From the NCBI GenBank assembly GCA_965213675.1, contig OZ243916.1:3808001-3872000 (forward strand): 64,000 bases of DNA, written 5' to 3'. How positions within the stretch are numbered: position 1 is the stretch's first letter; each line of letters starts with the position of its first letter. The stretch comes from an uncultured Candidatus Binatia bacterium. Its GTDB lineage: Bacteria > Desulfobacterota > Binatia > UBA9968 > JAJDTQ01. Below the pieces are notes generated by a model. It made no database searches and was not told the DNA's origin. It worked only from the letters and a program-made list of their open reading frames with translations. Made by a program: the position numbers and the translations under genes. This document shows, piece by piece, positions 51,392 through 60,825 of the stretch.

Positions 51392-52474
51392 CTACGGGTG
51401 CACGTCCTGGGTGAACCACTCCGTGGGCAGGTCGCGCCCCGCGCCCTTGGCGAGCGCCTCGCGGTAGACCCGCTGGGCCACGGCGGCGAACTGGAGTCCT
51501 TGGCCGACGTTGTTGACGAAGGCCGTGGTTTCTTCCGGCGTCCGCCGTCCGGGGACCGCGCCGATGATGGCTTGGGGCAACTCCTCGATGCGCTCCCACA
51601 GCGGCTTGTCCCGTTCCGACCACCAGCCCCCAGTGCCCTCCGGCGTGTCCACGGCCGGCGTTCGGTACACCTGCGGGCGGATGTTGGCGGGATTCTTGGA
51701 GAACAGGAAGACACGGTCCATGGCGTCGAGGAAATCGTAGTCCATTTCCTGCACCTTGACCGCGCTGTAGTGCACGCCGGGCCGCAGCCATTTGCGCTGG
51801 TGCACCGGCTCCATGGAGTTGGTGCCGGCCACCACCAGATCGGCCCCCTCCACCGCCTCGTCGGCGGAATCCACGGGCGTGAGGCGCGCTCCGACCCGCG
51901 CCGCCAGCTCCCGGCAGAAGCGTTCACGGTTTGCCGGGCGGGTGCTGTACACCTTGACATCGGTGATGGGCCGGACCGCGCAGTGCGCCATCAACTGTCC
52001 GCCCGCCTGCCAACCGGTCCCCAGGAGCGCCATGACCGAGGCGTCCTCCCGCGCCAGATAACGCGCGCCCAAGCCGTTGGCCGCGCCCACGCGCATGCGC
52101 GAGATGTAGCCGTCCGGGCAGATCATCACCGGCGCGCCGGTCTCCATGCTTAACAGCAGCATCAGTCCGTTCCAGCGCCCGTCCGCGGAAGGCAGCCGGT
52201 CGCGCCGGACGTTGCCCGCCACCTCGGGCCATATCAGCACGTCGCTGTTGATGCGCAGTGCCGCCATGCCCTCCTCGGGCCAAAGCCCGCTCATGGCCTT
52301 CAGGCTGTAAACACCCTTGGTCTCGCCCACGACGGTGGGCGCGAGGGTGTCCACCCGCGGGCTGTTGATCGCTTCCCGCGCCTCCAGCGACCGCTGGGAG
52401 CGCTCGACGCAGTCCAGCGCCATCTCCATGGTCAGAATCTGATCGATCTCTTCGTTGCTGAGTAACAGTGTCAT
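51392..52474 (-). CDS. Ornithine cyclodeaminase/mu-crystallin family protein
   Basis: SRMRVGAANG, LLGTGWQA, AGTNS, NNVGQGLQFAA; GGAGG SD. Confidence 0.85.
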   Translation of the reverse strand: MTLLLSNEEIDQILTMEMALDCVERSQRSLEAREAINSPRVDTLAPTVVGETKGVYSLKAMSGLWPEEGMAALRINSDVLIWPEVAGNVRRDRLPSADGRWNGLMLLLSMETGAPVMICPDGYISRMRVGAANGLGARYLAREDASVMALLGTGWQAGGQLMAHCAVRPITDVKVYSTRPANRERFCRELAARVGARLTPVDSADEAVEGADLVVAGTNSMEPVHQRKWLRPGVHYSAVKVQEMDYDFLDAMDRVFLFSKNPANIRPQVYRTPAVDTPEGTGGWWSERDKPLWERIEELPQAIIGAVPGRRTPEETTAFVNNVGQGLQFAAVAQRVYREALAKGAGRDLPTEWFTQDVHP

Positions 52475-52639
52475 GCGTGAACCTCCGAATGCGAAAAGGG
52501 TCCGGCGGAGCGCTGCCACAGCGCCCGATGGTTGATGTGCAAGTTAGCCCATGGAGCACGGGGACAAAAGCCCCGGCCAGGATGCCACCGGACGTCGCCG
52601 TGCGCCAAGGTGATTGAGCCTGGCGGAGACCGCCTTTGG

Positions 52640-52668
52640 TTGACGTGCCAGGCAATTTCGGCCATATT
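52640..52668 (+). promoter_or_regulatory. Putative sigma-70 promoter of tRNA-Phe
   Basis: TTGACG-N17-CATATT, 12 nt upstream of the tRNA. Confidence 0.6.
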
Positions 52669-52680
52669 TTCCTCACTTTT

Positions 52681-52753
<73 letters not shown>

Positions 52754-52818
52754 CCTTCCCCTTCCTTCACCCCCGCTCCCGTCTTGACCGTTGGTCCAGT
52801 TGCCGTTGCGACGGGCCC

Positions 52819-52979
52819 GGAACTTGCGCCGCAGAAATTCACGGCTGCAACTCCGCTTTCATCCGTCCCTTCGGCCGCACGATTTCGTCAAAACTGACCT
52901 GATATTCTCCTCAATCGACCGGCCGAAGGGACGGCGATAGCGAATTTTCGCTTTCGCGAATTCCTGCGGCACAAGCTCC
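52819..52979. mobile_element. Full-length MITE-like element, family A (161 bp)
   Basis: Imperfect long inverted ends GGAACTTGCGCCGCAGAAATTC / GAATTCCTGCGGCACAAGCTCC plus inner CCGTCCCTTCGGCC / GGCCGAAGGGACGG. Confidence 0.75.
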
Positions 52980-53039
52980 CAGAGGCGCACCCTGATTCAG
53001 GCGCCTTGTTGGAGATGTCGAAACTGGCCGTTCTCCGCC

Positions 53040-53072
53040 CCTCGCTACGATTCGATCAACCCGGCAGCCTCC
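53040..53072 (-). mobile_element. Degenerate left end of MITE family B
   Basis: Reverse complement GGAGGCTGCCGGGTTGATCGAATCGTAGCGAG matches the left end of 56246-56406. Confidence 0.6.
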
Positions 53073-53144
53073 TGACCCTGCCCCGGCTCATGTTCAGTTG
53101 ACACCCAAGCCCGGGTGGAACAAGTTGCAGGGCAGGGTACCGCC

Positions 53145-54290
53145 ATGTCATCCACGAAACATCCCATGCTGGAGGCGGCCAGGTCGCTGGCGCCGCGAAT
53201 CCGCGCTTGCGCGGATCGGATCGAGACGGAACGGGAGTTGCCGCGGGAGCTGTTCGACGCGCTCTCGGACGCCGGCCTGTTCAAGCTCGGGCTGCCACGG
53301 TCTCTGGACGGCGTCGAGATCGACCTGCCGGCCTACGTCGACGTGCTGGAGGAAGTGGGCAAGGCCGATGCCAGCACCGCGTGGCTGGTGAATCAGTGCT
53401 CGATCTTCGCCACCTACGGCGCGCGCCTGGCTCCGGCGGTGGCGCGGCAAATCTGGACCGACACGCCGCGCTGCGTGGTGGCCAACACGTCCATGCCCAC
53501 CGCGGAGGCGGTGCCGGTGCCGGGCGGATTCCGGGTCACCGGGCGTCATCGCTTCAGTTCGGGTTCCCTGCACGCATCGTGGTTCGCCGCGCGCGCGTGG
53601 CTTCCGGAACCGGACGGCGAGCGGGTGCAGAAGTTCCTCTTCGTGCCGGCCGCGGACGTGGAGGTGGTGGACATCTGGAAGGTGCGCGGCATGCGCGGCA
53701 CCGGCACCAACGACTTCATCGTGGACGGCGTCTTCGTCCCGGAGGAGCGGGTGATCCGTCAGCTCGGCAGTCCGGTGCGGGAGCCGGGGCCGCTTTACAA
53801 GATCGCGCTGGTCCTGCTGTTCGCGGCGGGCGACGCCGCGCTGTCCCTGGGCGCGGCTCAATCGTGTCTCGATGCGTTCCTGGAACTGGCCGGCGCCAAG
53901 AAGCCCAACGCCATGCCCGCGCTGTTGCGGGATCAGTCCCCGGTACAGGTGGCGGTGGGTCAGATCCAGGCCTCGCTTGCGTCGGGGCGGGCCTACATAC
54001 GGGAGGCGGTCCGGGCCATCTGGTCGGAGGCGGTATCGCCGGAGCCCCTCACCCTGGAACGGCGCCTCGGCCTGCGCCTGGCCGCCACCCATTGTATCCG
54101 GCAGGCGATCCAGGCGGTGGAAACCCTCTACAACCTCTCCGGCACCACCGCCGTCTTCGAGGGCAACGTCATCCAGCGGATCTTCCAGGACATCCACGTC
54201 ATCAGCCAGCACCAGCAGGTGCGCCTCACCAACTACGAGCTGGCGGGCAAGCACGTGCTGGGGCTGGAGATCGAGACAACGCGGCTCTGA
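53145..54290 (+). CDS. Acyl-CoA dehydrogenase-fold flavin-dependent monooxygenase (HsaA/IacA-like oxygenase subunit)
   Basis: ADASTAW, FSSGSLHASW, WKVRGMRGTGT, IQRIFQDIH. Confidence 0.85.
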   Translation: MSSTKHPMLEAARSLAPRIRACADRIETERELPRELFDALSDAGLFKLGLPRSLDGVEIDLPAYVDVLEEVGKADASTAWLVNQCSIFATYGARLAPAVARQIWTDTPRCVVANTSMPTAEAVPVPGGFRVTGRHRFSSGSLHASWFAARAWLPEPDGERVQKFLFVPAADVEVVDIWKVRGMRGTGTNDFIVDGVFVPEERVIRQLGSPVREPGPLYKIALVLLFAAGDAALSLGAAQSCLDAFLELAGAKKPNAMPALLRDQSPVQVAVGQIQASLASGRAYIREAVRAIWSEAVSPEPLTLERRLGLRLAATHCIRQAIQAVETLYNLSGTTAVFEGNVIQRIFQDIHVISQHQQVRLTNYELAGKHVLGLEIETTRL

Positions 54291-54355
54291 TCAGGGGTCA
54301 TTGGACGGCAGGCGCCGCAGGCGCGGCGCGCCGTCCAATGATAAGAACCGATCCG

Positions 54356-55216
54356 CTACAGGGCCACCGCGGACTCGTAGGGCTCGTCAAGGGGCGTGTC
54401 CGCGCCGAAGAGATCCCGCTCGGCGATCCAGCGGTGAGTCTTCTCGTACACTTCCTGCGTGTAGGGCTCGAACACCATGCGCTCGCCGACGCCCATGGCG
54501 TGGACATCCACCAGTTCGTGGTAGCGTTCGGGAATCTCCCTCAACAGGTAGTGCCGGAAACGCTCCGGTTCCACGTCGATGGCGCGTTGTGCGCGCTGCA
54601 GCGCGTTGAAGTATTTTTTCGTGTCTTCGTCGTCCGAGTCCGGTTCGAGCAGGAAGCCGATCATGAATGTCGTATCGACGATCCTGCGGAACCCTTGCTG
54701 CTCCAGCACGTACATCGGAGCGCCGAAGACGTTGCCCGCCGGAACGTCGCGTTCCAGCAACCGCGCCATGCGGTCCAACGGACGGCCGGCGAACTGCAGC
54801 TTGACCGCGGAAGCGCCCAGGATCGGCTCGAGGGCCTGCAGCGCCGAGAAATGGCTGCCCGAGTGGTACCCTACGGCGACCTCCACGTTGGCGAGGTCCC
54901 CTGGCTTGCGGATCTCCGATTCCGGCGGCACGTAGATGCCCGAGGGCGTCACCGAGTAGGCGTGTCCCCACATGCGGCCGTGTTGTCCGGTGGCCGCCAC
55001 GTTGACCATCCAGTGGCAAGCCGAGCTGACCTCGCAGGCGCGTCCGTCCTTCATGTCCTCAAGGGCGCCGTGACGAACCTCCTTGGGCTCCTCGGACTGC
55101 TGGGAAACGATGCCGAAGACGAACTCGTAGTCGAGTCCCTCGTCCTTGAAGTAGCCCAATTCCTCGGCCACCCACTCCTGGAGCCGTCCGTGCGGTTGTA
55201 TGCGAAATTTGGCCAC
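54356..55216 (-). CDS. Orphan ABC-type substrate-binding-like protein (SsuA/NMT1 fold)
   Basis: VAEELGYFKDEGLD, PESEIRKPGDLAN, VAVGYHSGSHF; no signal peptide seen. Confidence 0.7.
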   Translation of the reverse strand: MAKFRIQPHGRLQEWVAEELGYFKDEGLDYEFVFGIVSQQSEEPKEVRHGALEDMKDGRACEVSSACHWMVNVAATGQHGRMWGHAYSVTPSGIYVPPESEIRKPGDLANVEVAVGYHSGSHFSALQALEPILGASAVKLQFAGRPLDRMARLLERDVPAGNVFGAPMYVLEQQGFRRIVDTTFMIGFLLEPDSDDEDTKKYFNALQRAQRAIDVEPERFRHYLLREIPERYHELVDVHAMGVGERMVFEPYTQEVYEKTHRWIAERDLFGADTPLDEPYESAVAL

Positions 55217-55421
55217 CCTGGTCACCTCCCGTCTCGGATTCGAGCCGCTGTCTCCACGGCGCGTCCGGACACTCTAATCCGCAGCCCATCGCGGAGTCAA
55301 ACCATTTCCGGCCCGACAAACGGCCTCCGGAGCGGGCGGCGCGGTGGGAACGTGGAGGCCGGACCAGTCCGCCGTCGAGCGGAAGGCCCGACCTCCCGAG
55401 ACGCCAGGAGACGCCTGGGAC

Positions 55422-56069
55422 TCAGCGACTCTCCTTTACCATCTCCACCGGCGCCGCGCCGTTGTGCCCGCCGCCGGTGGTCTCCCCAGGCCCGGAGACG
55501 AATGTCTGTCCGGCGTTGACCTGGCCGGGGGTCGCCATTCCGGGTCCGTTCCAGGTGAAATCGGCCAGGGCATGGCCGGATCCCTTGAGCTGTAGGGAAT
55601 GGCCCATTTGGGTGGCGTTCGACTCGCGCACGCCGATGTCCGTGGCCGCGATGCCTTCGGCCGGGCCGGCGGTAGCGGTGAAGCCGCCCTCGTAGCTCAT
55701 GAAGTGGATGACTTCGCCGGCCGGGTTGACCAGGGCCACGCCGTCGGGCGAGCCGTTCTCGATGCGATCGACCGGGAACGAAAGCGTGCCGTAGCCGCCC
55801 TGTTGTTCCGGGATGGACCCTTCCAGGGAAACGGTGCGGTACGGACGGCCGTTCTTGCCGTTGTACAGCACCAGACTCCATCCGTTCAGGTCGGTACCCG
55901 CAGGGCCCGCGATCTCCAGGCTTTCCTCCGCGTCGGCGCCGGCGTTGTCATAATGGACCTCGTTGATGAAAACGCTCTGTCCCCATGCGGGAAGTCCCGC
56001 GCACAGCACCAGACCGAATACCGCCGCGGCAGACACCCGGAACCAACCATTCTCCAAACTCTTGCGCAT
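55422..56069 (-). CDS. Secreted lamin-tail-like domain protein
   Basis: Signal peptide, then VFINEVHYDN..EIAGPAGTDL.GWSLVLYNG..IENGSPDGVALV..SYEG..TPG.VN; AAGGAGG SD. Confidence 0.75.
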   Translation of the reverse strand: MRKSLENGWFRVSAAAVFGLVLCAGLPAWGQSVFINEVHYDNAGADAEESLEIAGPAGTDLNGWSLVLYNGKNGRPYRTVSLEGSIPEQQGGYGTLSFPVDRIENGSPDGVALVNPAGEVIHFMSYEGGFTATAGPAEGIAATDIGVRESNATQMGHSLQLKGSGHALADFTWNGPGMATPGQVNAGQTFVSGPGETTGGGHNGAAPVEMVKESR

Positions 56070-56245
56070 GGTTGCACCTCCTTCGCGCAAAACCGTCCGT
56101 GCCGGGTCCACCACGTTCCCGGCTCCTGTAAGTGAAATCGTCTGGAGGACGGCAGACTTTAGGGGTTGTGCGCGAATTTCTTGGACGAAAGAGTCGAAGC
56201 GACCAGCGGAAGTCGTGCATCAGCCCCCGGGCAACCACGGCGCCA

Positions 56246-56406
56246 GGAGCCTGTCGGGTTTATCGAATCGTAGCGAGAGGCAGAGAAATGGAGGCGAGTT
56301 TCGGGCGGATTTGAGGAGAATATTGGAAATATTGGACGAAAATCCAACCGGAAATGGACCCATTTCCCTGCCTCGCAGTAGATTCTTGATAAACCTGACA
56401 GGCTCC
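56246..56406. mobile_element. Full-length MITE-like element, family B (161 bp)
   Basis: 19-bp terminal inverted repeats GGAGCCTGTCGGGTTTATC / GATAAACCTGACAGGCTCC (1 mismatch); CCAG and CTAG at the junctions. Confidence 0.8.
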
Positions 56407-56569
56407 TAGGCCGGGAAGACAATCATCAGCGCCATTACCGGAAGCTGGAGCCCGACGAAGGAGACCGCGACGCTGGCGCCGGCCCGGGCCGCGGTCCTGT
56501 CCGGCGCGCCTACGGATCACACGACGAAACTGTTATGAAGGCAGGTCAGTGCTGGGCGCTGAGTTCGCC

Positions 56570-57448
56570 ATGCGCATTTTCGCCATATCCGACGTACACG
56601 CGGATCACCCGCAAAACAGGGCCCTGATCCAGGGGTTCTCCGGCCACGAATATCTCCGCGACACCCTGTTGTTGGCGGGAGACGTCACCGATAACCTCCC
56701 CAGCCTGGCACGGGTGCTGGGTGGTATCCGCGACAAGTTCGCCCATGTGTTCTTCGTCCCCGGAAACCACGAGCTGTGGGTGCGGCGCGGCGAGCGCGGC
56801 GACTCCATCGCCAAGTTCGAGAAGGTCGTGAGGCTCTGCGCCGGGCTCGGCGTGGCCACGAGCCCAGCCAGGGTCGCCGCCGGCCCCGGCGATCCCGGAG
56901 CGTGGGTGGTGCCGCTGTTGTCGTGGTACGTCAAACCGGAGCACGGCGCCGACAGCCTGTACGTCCCCAGGGAAGGGGACGACGCGCGGGGCGTCTCCTG
57001 GGCCGACGACGTGCTGACCCGGTGGCCGGTCCTGCCGTCCGTGGCAGACTACTTCCTCGACATGAACGAGCCTCACCTCCATCGGGAATACGACGCTCCG
57101 GTGCTGACGTTCAGTCATTTCCTGCCCCGGCGGGAGGTGATGCTCCGTCCGCCGGGCGCCCCGCCCGCGCGAGCCGGGCGCGCCGTCCGTTTCAATTTCA
57201 GCCGGGTGGCCGGCAGCGCGCGGATCGACTCTCAACTCCGCGCACTGCGTTCCGCGCTGCACGTCTACGGCCACCAGCACCGGAACCGCGACCGTCTCAT
57301 CGACGGCGTGCGCTATGTCTCCAACTGCCTGGGCTACCCGCCGGAGCGGGCACGGGGCGAGATCGGCGAGCCCTGCGGACGCCTCAAGCTGGTGTGGGAT
57401 ACCCGGAAAAACCAACCGGAAATGGACCCATGCCCTGCCTCGCAGTAG
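56570..57448 (+). CDS. Calcineurin-like metallophosphoesterase (possibly PptH-like)
   Basis: SDVH, AGDV, PGNHE, FSHFLP, YGHQH; C-terminus derived from a MITE B right end. Confidence 0.85.
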   Translation: MRIFAISDVHADHPQNRALIQGFSGHEYLRDTLLLAGDVTDNLPSLARVLGGIRDKFAHVFFVPGNHELWVRRGERGDSIAKFEKVVRLCAGLGVATSPARVAAGPGDPGAWVVPLLSWYVKPEHGADSLYVPREGDDARGVSWADDVLTRWPVLPSVADYFLDMNEPHLHREYDAPVLTFSHFLPRREVMLRPPGAPPARAGRAVRFNFSRVAGSARIDSQLRALRSALHVYGHQHRNRDRLIDGVRYVSNCLGYPPERARGEIGEPCGRLKLVWDTRKNQPEMDPCPASQ

Positions 57449-57473
57449 ATTCTCGATAAACCCGACAGGCTCC
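57407..57473 (+). mobile_element. Right-end fragment of MITE family B
   Basis: CCAACCGGAAATGGACCCAT.CCCTGCCTCGCAGTAGATTCT.GATAAACC.GACAGGCTCC, nearly identical to 56345-56406. Confidence 0.8.
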
Positions 57474-57511
57474 CACGGTTCGCTGTCTGAATCCGGGTCT
57501 CAGGTTCGCCA

Positions 57512-58273
57512 TCAGTGGATGATCCCGCCGCCCTCCACCACCAGCAACTGGCCGGTCATGAAGTCGCTGTCCGCGCTGGCGAGGAAGAGCGCCGTGCCGG
57601 TGACGTCCTCGGGCACCTCGACGCGCTTGAAGGCCCGGCGGCCGGCGCTGTCGGACCGGCGCTTGCGGATGTCGTCGGTGATGACGTCCTCACTCATGGT
57701 GGAACCGGGGGTCATGCAGTTGACGTTGATGTTCCAGTCCCCGAGTTGCCGGGCCATGACCCGGGTGAGCCCGACCACGCCGCCCTTGGAACTGGTGTAG
57801 TGGGGCATGTTGCTGGTGCCGTTCAGGAAAGTGCCGGACGCGATGGTGATGATCTTGCCGGACTTCTGTTCCTTCATGACCGGGATGACCGCGCGGCAGC
57901 ACATGAAGACGCCCTTGAGGTTCACCTCCATGACCCGGTCCCACTCGTCCAGCGGGCAGTCCTCCACCCGGCCCATCCACATCTTCTGAGTGACGTAGAT
58001 GGCCGCGTTGTTGAGGAGCACGTCGATGCGGCCGAACCGGTCGACCGTTTCGGCAACCAGGCCCTCGATGCTGTCGTATTTTGTGACGTCGGTGGTGCGC
58101 GCCCAACCCGATTGCCCGGCCTCCGTCAGCGCCCGGGCTACGGTATCGCCGGCCGCCGCGTCTATGTCGGCGATGACCACCCGCGCGCCCTCCTCCGCGA
58201 ACCGTCCGGCGTAGGCCCTGCCGAGCCCGTGTCCGCCTCCGGTGATGATGGTGACCTTGTCCTTGAGTCGCAT
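57512..58273 (-). CDS. SDR family oxidoreductase (FabG-like)
   Basis: TGGGHGLG, LLNNAA, YTSSK, FMTGQ. Confidence 0.9.
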   Translation of the reverse strand: MRLKDKVTIITGGGHGLGRAYAGRFAEEGARVVIADIDAAAGDTVARALTEAGQSGWARTTDVTKYDSIEGLVAETVDRFGRIDVLLNNAAIYVTQKMWMGRVEDCPLDEWDRVMEVNLKGVFMCCRAVIPVMKEQKSGKIITIASGTFLNGTSNMPHYTSSKGGVVGLTRVMARQLGDWNINVNCMTPGSTMSEDVITDDIRKRRSDSAGRRAFKRVEVPEDVTGTALFLASADSDFMTGQLLVVEGGGIIH

Positions 58274-58512
58274 GGATGCCTCCCCGTCTCGCTCTTGTTC
58301 TTGCCCGCCGCGTGGTGGCGGCGAGTATAGCACACCGCCCGGAACCGACCCGTGGTACGGCCGACCATTGCTCTATCCCCCCAAGACAGCGTACAAAGGG
58401 TGTGCGTCGGTGAAGTCGGAGCTTGGGTCACAGACGTTCTTCGGGCAACCTGCGTTTTCCGCGGAACGGCGTACCAGGACGGACGCGCCACCGTACACAC
58501 AGGAGGTTCACC

Positions 58513-58869
58513 GTGCAGTTCGTTCGATTGTTCACCGGGGACGACGGCCAGTCCCACTTCGAGGACCTCGATACCAGCGCCCCAGGCGGCTACTTCTTCG
58601 AGACCCTGCCGGTCACGGGGCTGGTACTGAAGAACGATCCGGCAACCCATCTGGGCGACTTCCACACAGCGCCACGGCGGCAGTACTGCATCACCCTCTC
58701 GGGCTCCGCGGAGATCCGGGTGGGCGACGGCACCTCGCGAACCTTCGTGGCCGGGGACGTGTTTCTGGCGGAGGATGTGTCCGGGCAGGGTCATACGCTG
58801 ACGCCGAACAACTGGGCGCGGGCCTTTGTTCACATCGATCAGGAGCCTGTCGGGATTGTCGAATCGTAG
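58513..58869 (+). CDS. Small cupin-like protein
   Basis: AGGAGG SD; RLFTGDDGQSHFED, FHTAPRRQY, AED.SGQGH. Confidence 0.8.
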   Translation: MQFVRLFTGDDGQSHFEDLDTSAPGGYFFETLPVTGLVLKNDPATHLGDFHTAPRRQYCITLSGSAEIRVGDGTSRTFVAGDVFLAEDVSGQGHTLTPNNWARAFVHIDQEPVGIVES

Positions 58870-58880
58870 CGAGAGGCAGG
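58842..58880 (+). mobile_element. Left-end fragment of MITE family B
   Basis: GGAGCCTGTCGGGATTGTCGAATCGTAGCGAGAGGCAG matches 56246-56283; supplies the cupin stop codon. Confidence 0.75.
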
Positions 58881-58956
58881 GACGTGTCAGCCACTGGGAC
58901 AAGGGTCACGGGCGGCGCCCGAAGTATTCAACGTACGCCTGGAAAGGAGTCACAGC

Positions 58957-59469
58957 ATGAGCAATGATGAGAAAACCCCCATCAAGGTCAAGAAGATCGG
59001 CCACGTGGTGTTCAACGTGAGCGACCTGGAGCGCAGCACGAAGTTCTGGACCGACATCATGGGATTCCATGTGTCGGATGTGAACGAGCGCGGCATGATT
59101 TTCCTGCGCAACGCTTCGGACCACCACACCGTGGCGCTGTTCCCGTCCAAGTCCGACAAGGGACGACCGGAGCCGGATGAGGTCGCTTTCAACCACTTTG
59201 CCCTGGAGGTGGCGAGCGTCTCCGAGTTGTTCGAGATCCGCGACTTTCTGAAGGCCAACAACGTGCCCATCGTGTACGAAGGCCGCCGCGGGCCGGGTTG
59301 CAATCCGGGCGTCGAATTTCTGGATCCCGACGGCTTCCAGATCGAGCTCTACGCCTCCATGGATCAGATCGGCTGGGAAGGCGAGAGCCGGCCGGCCGAG
59401 CAGTGGTCCCGCGCCGCCACGCTCGAGGAAGTGCTGGAAAAGCCCATCCCGGGCGTCGCCTACGAGTAG
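58957..59469 (+). CDS. VOC family protein (extradiol dioxygenase-like single domain)
   Basis: KIGHVVFNVSDL, DHHTVAL, NHFALEV, DPDGFQIEL. Confidence 0.88.
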   Translation: MSNDEKTPIKVKKIGHVVFNVSDLERSTKFWTDIMGFHVSDVNERGMIFLRNASDHHTVALFPSKSDKGRPEPDEVAFNHFALEVASVSELFEIRDFLKANNVPIVYEGRRGPGCNPGVEFLDPDGFQIELYASMDQIGWEGESRPAEQWSRAATLEEVLEKPIPGVAYE

Positions 59470-59550
59470 ACTCCATCACCGCGGAGAGAGGGGCGGGCAC
59501 ACCGGCCTCCTCCCTCCGCGCCATCCAACGCATCACTGAAGGGCAGCGCG

Positions 59551-60786
59551 ATGGCGGTGCACGTGATCATGCCGGCCATGGGGGCGACCCAGGAGACGGG
59601 CCGTCTCGTGCGCTGGTTCAAGCACGAGGGGGATTCCGTCGCCCAGGGCGAGATGCTCATGGAAGTGGAGACGGACAAGTCGGTGGTGGAGGTGGAAGCG
59701 CCCGCTTCCGGAATCCTGGCCCAGGTGACCGCGGAGCCGGATGACGACATCCCGGTGGGACAGACCATCGCGTTGATCGTGGGACCGGACGAGGACGTGT
59801 GCGCGCCGGAGGGACTTGTTCCGCCCGCTCCGAAGGCAACAGATTCCCCGGACACGCCCATGGACGGCGCTGTCCCGGCGGCGCGGCGCAGGCGCGCAAG
59901 ACCGTCTCGAAAGGAAGCGAAACCACGGGGCGCCGCAAGCGCGTCCCCGCCGGCGCGACCCGCCGCCGGCCGACTCCTTGCGTCCCCGGCGGCCAAACGC
60001 CTGGCAAAGGAGATGGGAGTGGATCTCTCCGGGGTCAGGGGCACCGGACCGGACGGGGCGGTGACCGCGCGCGACCTCCCGCCCAAGGCCGCGCGCGTCC
60101 CCGGCGGCGGCGACGCATCGTTGCCGCCGAGCCGCATGCGCCGCATCATCGGCGAGCGCATGACCTTGAGCAAGCAGACCGCGCCGCACTTCTACCTCAG
60201 CATGGATGTGGACATGACCGCCATCGAGTCCCGGCGCGCGGCGCTGAAGGAACAGGCGTCCGGGAGAGCGCCGTCCATCAACGACTTCATCCTGCGAGCG
60301 GTGGCCCGGGCGCTCGCGGAATCACCGGCGATGAACGCGGCCTGGACGGACGCGGGCATCCAACAGTACCGCGACGTGAACCTCGGCATGGCCGTGGCCG
60401 TGGACGAGGGCCTCCTGGTGCCTGTCATCCGCAACGCGGACAAGCTCGGCCTGGAGGACCTGGCACGCCGGAGCCGCGAACTCGCGAGCCTGGCCCAAAG
60501 CCGTGGACTCAAACCCGCCGACTGCCAGGGCGGCACCTTCACGGTCTCCAACCTCGGCATGTTCGGAGTCGACAGCTTCACCGCCATTATCAATCCGCCG
60601 CAGTGCGGCATCCTGGCCGTCGGCCAAGTGGCCCCACGGGTGCTCCCCCACGACGGCAACATCGCCGTCCGCACCATGATGACCATGACCCTCTCCGCCG
60701 ACCATCGCGCCGTGGACGGCGCCATCGGCGCCCGGTTCCTGCAACGGGTCAAGCGGCGCATGGAAGAGATCTGTCGGCGGGCGTAG
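59551..60786 (+). CDS. 2-oxoacid dehydrogenase E2 (dihydrolipoamide acyltransferase)
   Basis: Lipoyl domain EVETDKS, binding domain ASPAAKRLA..GTGPDG, GGTFTVSNLG, catalytic DHRAVDG. Confidence 0.92.
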   Translation: MAVHVIMPAMGATQETGRLVRWFKHEGDSVAQGEMLMEVETDKSVVEVEAPASGILAQVTAEPDDDIPVGQTIALIVGPDEDVCAPEGLVPPAPKATDSPDTPMDGAVPAARRRRARPSRKEAKPRGAASASPPARPAAGRLLASPAAKRLAKEMGVDLSGVRGTGPDGAVTARDLPPKAARVPGGGDASLPPSRMRRIIGERMTLSKQTAPHFYLSMDVDMTAIESRRAALKEQASGRAPSINDFILRAVARALAESPAMNAAWTDAGIQQYRDVNLGMAVAVDEGLLVPVIRNADKLGLEDLARRSRELASLAQSRGLKPADCQGGTFTVSNLGMFGVDSFTAIINPPQCGILAVGQVAPRVLPHDGNIAVRTMMTMTLSADHRAVDGAIGARFLQRVKRRMEEICRRA

Positions 60787-60825
60787 GCGCCCGGCTTCGT
60801 GCAGGTGCAGTGCCCGGCCGGAAGG

